From Chlorobiota bacterium (lineage in GTDB: Bacteria > Bacteroidota > Ignavibacteria > Kapaibacteriales > NICIL-2), in the NCBI GenBank assembly GCA_039810585.1, contig JBDHXF010000006.1, positions 12,486-76,485 on the forward strand: a DNA stretch of 64,000 nucleotides, read 5' to 3'. This document shows positions 10,515 through 20,266 of this stretch, in pieces (within the stretch, counting starts at the first letter, position 1; the number at the start of each line of letters is the position of its first letter). The position numbers and the translations under genes were made by a program. The notes under the pieces were generated by a model that worked only from the letters and a program-made list of their open reading frames with translations, was not told the DNA's origin and did not search any database.

Positions 10515-10571
10515 AATTCGAGCGTGTTGAAAACACGCTCGAATTATTCATAAGCGAGAGTCTCGCTTATG
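10515..10571. terminator. Two adjacent perfect palindromes between convergent genes
   Basis: 14-bp arms AATTCGAGCGTGTT/AACACGCTCGAATT at 10515..10545. 11-bp arms CATAAGCGAGA-G-TCTCGCTTATG at 10549..10571. The second ends 5 nt from the stop of the giant minus-strand gene. Confidence 0.6.
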
Positions 10572-10575
10572 CGTT

Positions 10576-13500
10576 CTAGTGCACGATAATCATCGTTCTT
10601 TTGGCACTAAATATTCCTGCGTAGAGGGTGTAGGTGTACACGCCGGGTGGAAGGTGCGACACATCCCAGTCAATGCTGTGTTGACCGCTCTGCAGCTTTT
10701 GCGTTCCGTCCATCAGTGTTGCGACCTGCTCGCCGGTAGCGTTGTAAACGCTCAGCACGGCTGGCACGGATTCCTGGATGTCAAAGCGGAAACTAACGCG
10801 GTTGGTTGCAGGGTTCGGGTAGCTTTGATAGAGCGTTGAGCTGCCTACTGCAGATCGAGCGGTGGTAGCAAAGCACTTCGATCCGGTTTGGATTTGAGTT
10901 TGAGACGCAATGGGACTCAGTTTAAGAAACAGAAGTGAGTCCGTCTTGAAAACGCTGTCTGGCACAATGTGCAGCAATTGCTCTGATGTATCGGGAACCA
11001 AAATCACGAATCGGAGTTCGGCAATTTTTCCTGCGTGGACACTGTCGACGTGGTTCCACGACAATGCCAGTGAATCATAGCGAGGGTGTTGAATGCTCAT
11101 CTTAGCTCCAAAGATGGAGTTGCCATCCACGTATTTGAGCATGTATTTATCCCAGCTAAGACCCAAACCAAAGCTCATATCCTGCAACCAGTACGTCGTG
11201 CCGTGATAGGTTGTCGCAAAGTTTGAATCGAGATAGATGGGCACAACAAGGGTATCTGACAAGTTGCCACCCAGCGCAGCAGGATTCACGAAGTTCGTGG
11301 GATCTGTGGCGAAGTGGATGGGAAGGATGGGGACATAGCCTTTTCCGAGCAGTTGCAACGAGTCGATCAAACGACACGGATGATCAGTGAGTGCGTAGCT
11401 GAGGGAGTCGAAGCTGGAGTCGCTGCGCGGACAATACTGCACGACCACGTCGGCACTTTCTCCCGGTTGCAGCAATGTTCCTCGTGGTGGTGTGGACGAC
11501 AGAAATTGCACGTCGCGTGGCAGCACCAGTACCGAATCAACACTCAACGCCACGTCGCCCGTGTTCTTCACTGCAAAGGAGTCCACCACACAGTCAAGCA
11601 CTCGTACGCTATCGAAGTTGATGAGTGGTTTTTGGATTTTCATGTCGGCCTTGTCCACAGCCACAATACCATTGTCGCCACCGGCGCTCAGGTAGTAATT
11701 CAGAATCTCTTGTGTGTCAAAGAAAATCGAGTCGATCAAGAACGGTGTGGTGAACGTTGCGTTCACCCGAGGAACGAAGTTCATCACCACAATAGGAAGC
11801 AGTGAGTCGACATTACGACAGTCCTTCGTCAACACCTGAATACCACCCTGCAACGAGGGCTGGGTGGTTGGCGGATTAAACATCGAGGTGGCGTTGATAA
11901 AGCGCAACATGGTGGTGTCGTACACTGCATCAAACTGTATATCCACCGTCGGTGCCGGAATTTCCCGCGACGAGTAGACCGGTATATGCAGCGTATCGCA
12001 ACTCACAATGCGGAAGGTATCGGTGCCGACGCGATTGTTGTCGAAGGTCATTTGCAGACCATAAGCCGGAGCCCGACCTTCGCCTGTAAGCAGGATGGTG
12101 GTGTCAATATCGATGCAGGGTTTAGAGTAATGCAGGACCGCGCGCGCTTGATATTTCTTGGCACCCTGACGGGGTGCTCTCGGCTTGAAGAAGAACTTGA
12201 AGGGATATGGCTTTGTGCCGGGGTCGATGACCACAGGAAAAGCAATGGGGTTATTCAAGGTATCGGTATGGAAGAACACACGTTCATCCGGTTGATAGGT
12301 AATGGAATCAATCTGCACGATTTCCTGTGTGGGATTAGGAATCACACCCGGGATAGCAATGGAATCCGCTCGTGGTGCAGACAGAGTATCAACTCGAGTG
12401 CCCGGGAAACCGATTTGGGTGACTGTTGGTTGAAAGATCATGCTGCGGACGCCGGACAAAAAGCAGACGTAGTTCTTAGGACCCCAGCCGGCGCCGTGAG
12501 CTTCAAGACTGAAGCGGGCGACGCAATTGGTATTCTTTACTTCGGCCGTGGTGTGTGGACAAAACACGATATGCACGGTGTCTGTTGATCGCGGTGGAAT
12601 GCTAAAGGGTAAGGTCTTTCCGTTCAGGTTATAGTAATAGGAACTAAACGTAAAGAGCTGCGGTGTACCACCGGGAATTCCCAGAGAGTCAACTCCCATG
12701 GAGTCGATAGTCATGGAATTCACGAAGGAATTATTCGTGAGCGGGATGTCGCGCACGACGCAGTCGCAGGGTCGTGTGTACGAGAAATTCTGAATCGTCA
12801 GACTTGCATCCAATTCCACTGTCAGCGTTTTTCCCTGCAAATCTCCTGCAGAACTAATGTTTGGACAGGGTTGCGAGCTGTAGGCTCCAACCTGCTTGTT
12901 GTACACTCCGGGTGAAGTAGGTGTGAAATCGATGACCGCCGTCACAGAATCGCGAGGCTGCAATACCCGAGGCAAGGTCTTACTCAGTGAAATGAGCGTG
13001 TATCCATTCGGAATGCTCAGCGAATCCACAAGGACGGGAATGGCGGAACTGTTCTCGATAGTAACTGAATCCCGTCTGGTATCACCCACTTCAATCACTC
13101 CATAAATGGTGAGCGGCGACACGTAGAGTCGAGGAATTTGTGACGATCCAAAGAGTTTCACTTTCCAGATGTCGGTAGTGAGCGAAGTGGTGTACTGTAA
13201 GTAGGCAATAATCGCAATGTCATTCGCCGTCGTGTTCGGCGTAAATCGGAAATAGAAACGATGGCGCTCTCCGGGATTTAGACTAAAGCTTAAGCCCGCT
13301 AGCGGGGCGGGATTTCCGTTTTGATCGACCGGACTGAATTCCACTCCGGGCTGAACCAGGCTAAAGTTCTTCAGCGTTTGATTGACCGACGATTCGTTGA
13401 TGATGTCGAGTGAGACAATGGAATCACGGCATCCAACAACATTCTCGACGTTCATCACAATGGGATCGAAGCGGAAACGTTCGATGATTCCATGACCTCG

Positions 13501-15672
13501 AAGGGGAATACACTGCGTGGTGTAACATCGCGTTTCAAAGAGACAGAGTGTGTCGTAGTACCAAAGTGAGTCGGTAGGACGGAAGGTAATGGAAATCGTA
13601 CGCTGTTGCCCAGGATTCAAGCTTGCGGTATTCGTTCCCGGAAAGACAAAAACATCACCCTTCTTCAGGTAGAAGGAGATATTCATCACGTCGGTTGCAC
13701 TCTTATTCAGGAAGGTAACAGCAATAGTGCTGTCCTTCCCTACCACCACATTGCCATAGTCGACAGACGCGGTGGAAAAGAGCACATCGTTATCTAAGCC
13801 GCGACCACTCCATTTGAGCGTGTCGACAAACTGACAATTAAAACCCTGCAGGTGGTAGTAGAAGATGATGGGGTCGTTATTAATCAAGCCCGGCACAGCC
13901 GGCTTGAATCGCAAATACTTTTGACCTTCACCTTTCTTCGCCGATGGCAGTAGGGTGTAAGCCGGAGGAATTTTCGGAAAGCCAACGCGTACAATCGTGC
14001 TCGGCACGTGCATACTGTCGATAATGATGTTACGGTCAGTCAGATTAAACCAGTTGATCGCCTGGGAAGGATTGGAAATATCCTTCGGACATGTGTTCTG
14101 AAAGGTCAGCGAATCGATACGCTTTTTTCCCGTAGAGTAATCGCGTATGGAAAACACTTCGACAATGGTTCCCTTCACAACTACCACACCCGAACCGGCA
14201 CAAGCGTCATCGCTGGAAATGTGCAGAGTATCTGTGTAATTAAAGGTAGTATCGATGGTTGGGTGAAAACGCAGCCACAAGGTGTCACACTGTCCGATAC
14301 CCAACACGAGCGGAAAGGTCTTTCCCTTAGGTGGCATGAGTTGAAACACACCGCCGTAGACGTTCATGGAGCCGCCGAAGACGGTGACATTACGATTGGT
14401 TGCCGTTCCGGTTGGTCCGGTTGTATTGCAGATAACAATAGCACTGTCATAGTACGGCGTCGACACACACTTTGCATACAGTGTATCGAAACTCAGCGTC
14501 CGAGCTCGTACCAAGAGCTCTGTTGAGCGCGTGATACTTATGGGAATTTTCTTTTGAGTGACACATCGATTGTTACCGGAAATCACAAATTGGGCCGAGA
14601 TACTACCGCTGAGCGCGCCATTGAAGGTTATGGTAATCGGCGTCGAAATGTTCGGAACAAGCGTAGCATTCTTGGGTGACACGCTGAAGGCCGACGCATC
14701 AGCACCACTCATGCTGAAAGAGTAGGAGTTGCCGCAGGATTGGTACGAGGTGTCGGTAACGTTGATCACCCACGATTTGGTCGAGCTGCACTTGATGTCG
14801 TCCGTTATTGATGTAATGTCGGTTATGATTTTTTGCGACACGGTACGACTGCTCTTCTGACACGTTTGCACTTGGACCATGTGACCAATATTCCCCTTGC
14901 CGGTAGCATCGCAGAGGATTCCGGCATTGGAGCCGCTGTTGTTGTCGTTACAGCGATAGTAAAACACCAATCCGTTCTCATTGCCCGCAAGCGAGCGCTC
15001 CATCATGCAGTAGATTTCGATTGGTGAAAGCACACGCTTCCACATGCGAATCTCGTCGAGCTGTCCGATAAAAGTGCGATAGGTGGAATATCGAGCGATA
15101 TCATTTGTCGATCCGATAAATATGCCCAATGCCGGATCGTTCGGAACCCGGAGTGTGGACAATGGGTAGGCAGCATTGGACGATCGTGCTACCTCTTGGG
15201 CATTGATGTAGAGAATGGCTTGATGGGTCGAACCGTCAAAAACAGCACACACATGATTCCACTTTCCGTAGAGTGTGTCCATCGTCGTTTGTACAACTGT
15301 GTTGTCGGTGGGTCCGAGGTTGTCACCCTGACCATTAAGTTCAAACACCAGATGATCGCTTGGGTCGATGTACAAAGCCCAAGAATCGTTGTTATCGTTG
15401 TTCGTGTACGGACCCCACTTCCCTGCCAGATACACGCGAGTGCCGGGCTGCTTGGTGGCGTTGATCCAGAATTCGAAGGACATGGCTGTGCTAATGCTAT
15501 CCTGTGCCTTCGTTTTTTCCACATCAATGTAGTTCGCTCCTTTTCCGGTACTTACAGTGCCGGTGTAGGCTAAGCCAACGCAGCTTTTGTCCACATCGCA
15601 GGCTGAGGGAAATTGGGCGAGAAGAGTGCCGAAACAACCAAGAAAGGCAAGAGTGAGGAGCAGTGTTCTCAT
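10576..15672 (-). CDS. Giant secreted surface protein (~1,698 aa): LamG-like N-terminal domain, many beta-sandwich (choice-of-anchor-D/ASH-like) repeats, cohesin-like modules, T9SS C-terminal sorting domain
   Basis: Signal peptide MRTLLLTLAFLGCFGTLLAQ at the internal ATG 15672. LamG-like SFEFWINA...LDEIRMWKRVLS. Recurrent pattern such as VDYGNVVVGKDSTIAVTFLNKSATDVMNISF and INFDSVRVLDCVVDSFAVKNTGDVALSVDSV. C-terminus YQSYPNPATNRVSFRF...LSVYNATGEQV...GVYTYTL is a typical Por/T9SS CTD. Confidence 0.85.
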   Translation of the reverse strand: MRTLLLTLAFLGCFGTLLAQFPSACDVDKSCVGLAYTGTVSTGKGANYIDVEKTKAQDSISTAMSFEFWINATKQPGTRVYLAGKWGPYTNNDNNDSWALYIDPSDHLVFELNGQGDNLGPTDNTVVQTTMDTLYGKWNHVCAVFDGSTHQAILYINAQEVARSSNAAYPLSTLRVPNDPALGIFIGSTNDIARYSTYRTFIGQLDEIRMWKRVLSPIEIYCMMERSLAGNENGLVFYYRCNDNNSGSNAGILCDATGKGNIGHMVQVQTCQKSSRTVSQKIITDITSITDDIKCSSTKSWVINVTDTSYQSCGNSYSFSMSGADASAFSVSPKNATLVPNISTPITITFNGALSGSISAQFVISGNNRCVTQKKIPISITRSTELLVRARTLSFDTLYAKCVSTPYYDSAIVICNTTGPTGTATNRNVTVFGGSMNVYGGVFQLMPPKGKTFPLVLGIGQCDTLWLRFHPTIDTTFNYTDTLHISSDDACAGSGVVVVKGTIVEVFSIRDYSTGKKRIDSLTFQNTCPKDISNPSQAINWFNLTDRNIIIDSMHVPSTIVRVGFPKIPPAYTLLPSAKKGEGQKYLRFKPAVPGLINNDPIIFYYHLQGFNCQFVDTLKWSGRGLDNDVLFSTASVDYGNVVVGKDSTIAVTFLNKSATDVMNISFYLKKGDVFVFPGTNTASLNPGQQRTISITFRPTDSLWYYDTLCLFETRCYTTQCIPLRGHGIIERFRFDPIVMNVENVVGCRDSIVSLDIINESSVNQTLKNFSLVQPGVEFSPVDQNGNPAPLAGLSFSLNPGERHRFYFRFTPNTTANDIAIIAYLQYTTSLTTDIWKVKLFGSSQIPRLYVSPLTIYGVIEVGDTRRDSVTIENSSAIPVLVDSLSIPNGYTLISLSKTLPRVLQPRDSVTAVIDFTPTSPGVYNKQVGAYSSQPCPNISSAGDLQGKTLTVELDASLTIQNFSYTRPCDCVVRDIPLTNNSFVNSMTIDSMGVDSLGIPGGTPQLFTFSSYYYNLNGKTLPFSIPPRSTDTVHIVFCPHTTAEVKNTNCVARFSLEAHGAGWGPKNYVCFLSGVRSMIFQPTVTQIGFPGTRVDTLSAPRADSIAIPGVIPNPTQEIVQIDSITYQPDERVFFHTDTLNNPIAFPVVIDPGTKPYPFKFFFKPRAPRQGAKKYQARAVLHYSKPCIDIDTTILLTGEGRAPAYGLQMTFDNNRVGTDTFRIVSCDTLHIPVYSSREIPAPTVDIQFDAVYDTTMLRFINATSMFNPPTTQPSLQGGIQVLTKDCRNVDSLLPIVVMNFVPRVNATFTTPFLIDSIFFDTQEILNYYLSAGGDNGIVAVDKADMKIQKPLINFDSVRVLDCVVDSFAVKNTGDVALSVDSVLVLPRDVQFLSSTPPRGTLLQPGESADVVVQYCPRSDSSFDSLSYALTDHPCRLIDSLQLLGKGYVPILPIHFATDPTNFVNPAALGGNLSDTLVVPIYLDSNFATTYHGTTYWLQDMSFGLGLSWDKYMLKYVDGNSIFGAKMSIQHPRYDSLALSWNHVDSVHAGKIAELRFVILVPDTSEQLLHIVPDSVFKTDSLLFLKLSPIASQTQIQTGSKCFATTARSAVGSSTLYQSYPNPATNRVSFRFDIQESVPAVLSVYNATGEQVATLMDGTQKLQSGQHSIDWDVSHLPPGVYTYTLYAGIFSAKRTMIIVH

Positions 15673-16063
15673 TGGGTATGGTGATTGCGTGAAACCCCTA
15701 TCCGAACAAAAGCAGCAGTCAGCAGGATAAGAAGTCAAAATCCCACTAAAAAAACGCCATTTTCTGCCGATACTTCCAGCGATAATCGAGCCAAACAGAG
15801 CCACTTCAAGAACACAAGAGCGCGGAATTTGGTACGCTGTACACGCTTTTGTGATCTTTGTTGTCGAATCTACGACGAACAGGTCTGATTCAGCTCGCAA
15901 TTCCGTAGGTATTGGGGTGGTCTTTTTGTGAAACGGAGCCGACCCAATGGTACGAATTGTGACGGGAGACAGGACATCACCACCACCGTGTCTCGTTTGT
16001 CGTAGCTAGCCATTCTTCTCAACTCAGAGTGCATATCTGCTCTTTGCGTACATCCTCATCACC

Positions 16064-17068
16064 ATGAAACGACTTTTCTCAGCCGCATTCGTCAGTCTCT
16101 TCCTCATTAGCTCGCTTCATGCTCGTGACGTGGATTCCGTACACTTTAGCCGCGTGATTATCGGAAAGCTAGAATGTGGCCGGAACATCAACTTCAAAGA
16201 ATCAAAGCTCGAAGCCGGATTGGCATTGGCCTTTCGATTGACTCCGTCCTATCGCCTCATCCCCAGCTCCTCTTCCGATTCCGTTGCTCGCCAGTTGCGC
16301 TTACGCTTGAATTCCAAGGACACGCTAAACCCGGCTGTGAACAAAGTGGCGCAAGCAATGCTGAGTAGCACCATCGTATTTGCTCGCATCGATCGTTTGC
16401 AAAACATCCTTCGGGCCGAAGTCCAAGTGTTGAGCGGGGATGCCTTTAAGACAAAAACGACGGGTCGTGGCTACGCTCTCATTCGCTTCCGTTCAGAAAA
16501 GAAGAATGATGTGGTAGAGGATCCGGCCGTTCTCTGTGCCTTGCAACGAGCTCTTTGTGTTGCGCTGGACGATTCCACGCTTTACAAAAACCAACAGGGT
16601 AGCTTTCGAGTCTTTCCGGCTGCCACCGTTGTCTGCGGTGGCATGAGCTTTGTGGACGACCCTTCCCTGCCGCACTGGGATCTCTTTGGCAATCACACCG
16701 TGAATGGATTTGACGTTGTTGTCAACGTCTTCGATGCTATGAAGAGCTCCGACCATTTTGTGTGTTATGATGTGGACACCCGCGACAGCATCTTTGCGTT
16801 GTTTAAACTCTACCTTATCGAGAACGACAACGAGCCCAGTCGCGAAGAGCTTGATGCCTTGTATCGACTTGAAGTTCAGTATTACATCCGAGGCGTGTGT
16901 ACGCGCACTGAGCAAGGAGCAGACATTAAGCTGTTCTTCTGCAGTATTAACTCGAACGGCACCTACAACATCTTGCGTACGGCGCACGAGTTTTTGGCTA
17001 ACGACGACTTGGATGACTTCCGTCGCAAAGTCAAAATGTTAACGTTAAGTGTCACCGGCACGAAATAG
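16064..17068 (+). CDS. Hypothetical secreted protein (334 aa)
   Basis: ATG start and signal peptide MKRLFSAAFVSLFLISSLHA. No family recognised. Confidence 0.55.
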   Translation: MKRLFSAAFVSLFLISSLHARDVDSVHFSRVIIGKLECGRNINFKESKLEAGLALAFRLTPSYRLIPSSSSDSVARQLRLRLNSKDTLNPAVNKVAQAMLSSTIVFARIDRLQNILRAEVQVLSGDAFKTKTTGRGYALIRFRSEKKNDVVEDPAVLCALQRALCVALDDSTLYKNQQGSFRVFPAATVVCGGMSFVDDPSLPHWDLFGNHTVNGFDVVVNVFDAMKSSDHFVCYDVDTRDSIFALFKLYLIENDNEPSREELDALYRLEVQYYIRGVCTRTEQGADIKLFFCSINSNGTYNILRTAHEFLANDDLDDFRRKVKMLTLSVTGTK

Positions 17069-17151
17069 AACCCAAAGCCGCTGTCTGCCCGTCCTGCTCC
17101 CCTTTGCTTTGCTATATTCGCAGGCTTTCGTGTATTATAGGGGACACCTCC

Positions 17152-18279
17152 ATGAGCTTCAGCATTCGCGCCATTTCCTCACCGGCCGACGTCACTCGGT
17201 TTATTAAGAGTCAGTGGAATTTCTATCAGGGCGACCGGAACTTCGTTCCACCTCTGTTGATGGATCGTCAGAAACTGCTCAACACCAAGAAGAATCCCTT
17301 CTACAAACACAGCACCATGCAACTCTTCCTCGCAGAAGACGGTGGCAAAGTGCTGGGTCGTATCGCCGCCATCATCAACGACAATCACAACATTGTGCAC
17401 GAGGATCGCGTGGGCTTCTTCGGCTTCTTTGAGTGCGTGAACGATCAAAAAGTTGCAACTGCTCTGCTCGACACCGCAGCCGCATGGCTGCGTGAAAGAA
17501 AAATGGCTCAAATGCGTGGCCCCGTCAACCCCTCGATGAACGACGAATGCGGCTTGCTCGTAGAAGGCTTCGACTCGCCGCCGCAAATCCTGATGACCTA
17601 CAACCCACAGTACTACGCCACCCTTCTGGAAGGCTACGGGCTGCACAAGGAAATGGATCTCTATGCCTACGAGCTTTACAACAAAACCTACCAGTCCGAC
17701 AAAATGAAGCGCATGGTTTCGCTTCTTCGCGAACGTACCGGCGTCACCATCCGTGCGATGAAGTTTAGTCCCAAAGCAGACTTCCTGCGCGATGTCCAAA
17801 TCCTCAAAGAAATCTACAACGCCGCGTGGGAAAAGAACTGGGGCTTCGTGAAAATCACCGATGAAGAGTTCGACTTCCTGGCCAACGACCTCAAGCAAAT
17901 TGCCGAGCCCAGTCTGGTGCTTATCGCTGAACTGGAGGGTCGTCCCGTCGGCTTCGCCCTCAGCTTGCCCAACATCAACGAGAGCCTGATTCACAACAAG
18001 AATGGCGGCATCGTGGGCGGCTTGTGGCACCTACTCACAAAGAAAAAGAAGATTAGCTCGGTACGCATTTTTGTGCTGGGCGTGCTTCCGGAATTCCGCA
18101 ATAAAGGACTCGACGTGTTGCTCTACGCGGAAACCGCCGACGCTGCCCACCGCATCGGCTGCGACATGGGTGAAGCATCCTGGATTTTGGAGAGCAACGA
18201 AGCGATGAACAAAGCCGCAACGCAGATCATGCAGGGACGTCGCTACAAGACCTATCGGATCTACGAAAAGAATCTCTAA
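17152..18279 (+). CDS. GNAT-fold N-acetyltransferase-like protein (~375 aa)
   Basis: ATG 17152 (MSFSIRA...) inside the tracked ORF. The C-terminal half has an acetyl-CoA-binding-type motif, VLGVLPEFRNKGLDVLLY (R-x-x-G-x-[GAD]). Confidence 0.55.
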   Translation: MSFSIRAISSPADVTRFIKSQWNFYQGDRNFVPPLLMDRQKLLNTKKNPFYKHSTMQLFLAEDGGKVLGRIAAIINDNHNIVHEDRVGFFGFFECVNDQKVATALLDTAAAWLRERKMAQMRGPVNPSMNDECGLLVEGFDSPPQILMTYNPQYYATLLEGYGLHKEMDLYAYELYNKTYQSDKMKRMVSLLRERTGVTIRAMKFSPKADFLRDVQILKEIYNAAWEKNWGFVKITDEEFDFLANDLKQIAEPSLVLIAELEGRPVGFALSLPNINESLIHNKNGGIVGGLWHLLTKKKKISSVRIFVLGVLPEFRNKGLDVLLYAETADAAHRIGCDMGEASWILESNEAMNKAATQIMQGRRYKTYRIYEKNL

Positions 18280-18324
18280 AGGACTTCTTATACGTTCGGC
18301 CTTCGGCCTACCAACGAATCATTG

Positions 18325-19182
18325 ATGAACACCGACTCTAACGAAGAACAACCGGTCTTCGCCCATACCTCCTTTGCCTGGTTGGGCGTTGGCCTCGTAC
18401 TCCTGAGCTACCTTATTGGCTCAGTAGCTCTCTCAGTGTTCGTGGATATCAAGCCGGATGATCCTCGAATGGCGGTGTTTCAAGGCGCGTCGCAACTCCT
18501 CTTCATGTTTGTGCCCACCTTGCTGGTCATGCGTCTCTCACCACTTGGGTACAACGGCTTGCTACGCCTTCGCGATACGAACATCCGGGCGCGTCATTGG
18601 ATGCTTGTTGTCGTCGGATTAATTCTCGTTCAAGCCTTCAGCACGGGCTGGGATGTGGTGCAAAGCGCGATACTGCCGGAATGGCTCTCAAAGATGCTGT
18701 CAGGTTTCAACGAATCGCGCGACAGCATGATGCGCTCCATCCTCGGTAGCGGAGATGTTTTCTCCATCGTCATCGCAACGATTGCCGTGGTGATCGTTCC
18801 CGCCTGCAGTGAAGAGCTGCTCTTTCGTGGATTGATGCAACGCTCGCTCGAACAATCGCTCGGTATCAGAGCCGCTATCATACACACGAGCATGTTCTTT
18901 GCGCTGGCTCACTTTGCACCACTGGACTTTATTCCCCTGCTCTTTATCAGCGCGCTGCTCTCGTTCCTGGCAAGCAGTAGCCGCTCATTGCTTCCGGGCA
19001 TTGTATTACACCTTGCAAACAATTCCGTCGCACTCACCGCTTCCTACGTACCCTCACTTCGTGATGTCGATACCTCAACCTTCGTGAATCTGTGGCAGGC
19101 TGTGGCGTTGGTTGTGGTGTCGATGGTTGTGATTGGGTTAGTAGTTCGTTTTGTTCGACGGGCAGACATGAGGTCTGTTTAA
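18325..19182 (+). CDS. CPBP-family intramembrane metalloprotease (CAAX protease/Abi)
   Basis: Motifs EELLFRGLMQR, FFALAHF and HLANNS in a polytopic membrane protein. ATG 18325 lies one codon after the tracked TTG. Confidence 0.85.
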   Translation: MNTDSNEEQPVFAHTSFAWLGVGLVLLSYLIGSVALSVFVDIKPDDPRMAVFQGASQLLFMFVPTLLVMRLSPLGYNGLLRLRDTNIRARHWMLVVVGLILVQAFSTGWDVVQSAILPEWLSKMLSGFNESRDSMMRSILGSGDVFSIVIATIAVVIVPACSEELLFRGLMQRSLEQSLGIRAAIIHTSMFFALAHFAPLDFIPLLFISALLSFLASSSRSLLPGIVLHLANNSVALTASYVPSLRDVDTSTFVNLWQAVALVVVSMVVIGLVVRFVRRADMRSV

Positions 19183-19295
19183 ACCGCGCAGTAACTCATG
19201 CGCATTTCCGACGAGTCTACCATCCTCTTATCACGTCGCAGCGATAGCAGTTATAATCCCTTCCAAATCGTCTGTAGGCTCGACGTAACGATGAC

Positions 19296-19931
19296 TTAAG
19301 AGCGACTTCTCTTCCTCATTCCAATTCCTAGCGCATAATACCCTTGCACGGCGATGATGAAGCTGATGCTGAGATAGGTGTTGATGAAACAACACAACGC
19401 ACCGACGGCATACAGACTTTGGGCGATGATGATGCGGGAGCGAATAGCCTTGTGCGCTGCAAAAAGTTGTTCTTTGGTGCCGTGCAGGAAATCGTGTTTG
19501 TGCGCATAGCTCCAGTGGAAGTACAGGCTCAGGCCGAGCAGAAGGATATTCAACCAGTACACAAAGATGGCCGTCCGATACGTAATGAACTCACTCAGGA
19601 AGGCTGTGGTAAAGGGCAAGGTGGACACGAAGAGCAAAAAGAACAAGTTCAACCAATGCAGGTGTCGATCGCTTTTGGTGATGTACTGGAACTGCACACT
19701 TTGACCGCCCCAAAAGATCCCGATGGTCATGAAGCTCAGGAAGTAGGCCAGGAGTTTGGGTGTGAGTGCGCACAGAGCGGTGATGAGATCAGACTCGCTG
19801 TGAATGAGACTGCTGACCGGGACTTTTATATCGAGGATAAGCAAGGTGAGTGCGATGGCAAAAACGCCATCGCTGAGTGCCTCCATGCGCTGCACTCTCT
19901 GACCTGCCAGTGAATTGTATGATTGCGCCAT
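19296..19931 (-). CDS. TMEM175/DUF1211-family putative K+ channel
   Basis: N-terminal signature RMEALSDGVFAIALTLLILDI. Six hydrophobic helices. ATG 19931 inside the tracked ORF. Confidence 0.8.
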   Translation of the reverse strand: MAQSYNSLAGQRVQRMEALSDGVFAIALTLLILDIKVPVSSLIHSESDLITALCALTPKLLAYFLSFMTIGIFWGGQSVQFQYITKSDRHLHWLNLFFLLFVSTLPFTTAFLSEFITYRTAIFVYWLNILLLGLSLYFHWSYAHKHDFLHGTKEQLFAAHKAIRSRIIIAQSLYAVGALCCFINTYLSISFIIAVQGYYALGIGMRKRSRS

Positions 19932-20266
19932 GAGCCGTACCTGAGTGAGGACGGAAAAATAGGACGTGTTGACAAAGGGCGGGGTATAAAAAAGATCTGC
20001 CACCCGCAGCGTACATCATCCTTAATGTGACACCGTGGTGGCAGAGCGTTCGAGCATTTTCCGGAGAAGTGTTGCGTAGGGGGCGTCACTTCTCGTTTGT
20101 ACCAACAAAATTCCTGGCTGTAGAGTGATTTTCAAAGGCATCCGGTGTGCATCACTCGGGATGTGCGCAGGGTCCTCCACTTCCCTGCGTTCACGACGAG
20201 CTGCCGGCCGTAGCCTGTGGTGTTATCGACTGCTCAGCGAATGATTATCGCGGAGCTATCGGTTTA

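Noticed and set aside
11314-14526. Several 160-200-aa plus-strand ORFs inside the giant T9SS gene (11314..11805, 11986..12588, 14008..14526)
   Set aside because: They are antisense to a continuous 1,698-codon ORF with signal peptide and CTD, and they carry no motifs.
15673-15900. N-terminal extensions of tracked ORFs (here 76 codons; likewise 33830..34069, 42094..42276, 46139..46231, 32271..32450, 5697..5756)
   Set aside because: In each case an internal ATG gives a canonical signal peptide or domain start and removes an overlap with the upstream gene. The extensions have no protein-like features.
17179-18030. 283-aa ORF antisense to the GNAT-like gene
   Set aside because: It is entirely nested opposite a gene with recognisable motifs. 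Its sequence is low-complexity (Val/Gly/Glu/His-rich) with no motif. This is the typical shadow ORF of a moderately GC-rich coding region.
19344-19913. 189-aa plus-strand ORF opposite the TMEM175-like gene
   Set aside because: Shadow ORF. The minus-strand frame carries the DUF1211 signature and six TM helices.
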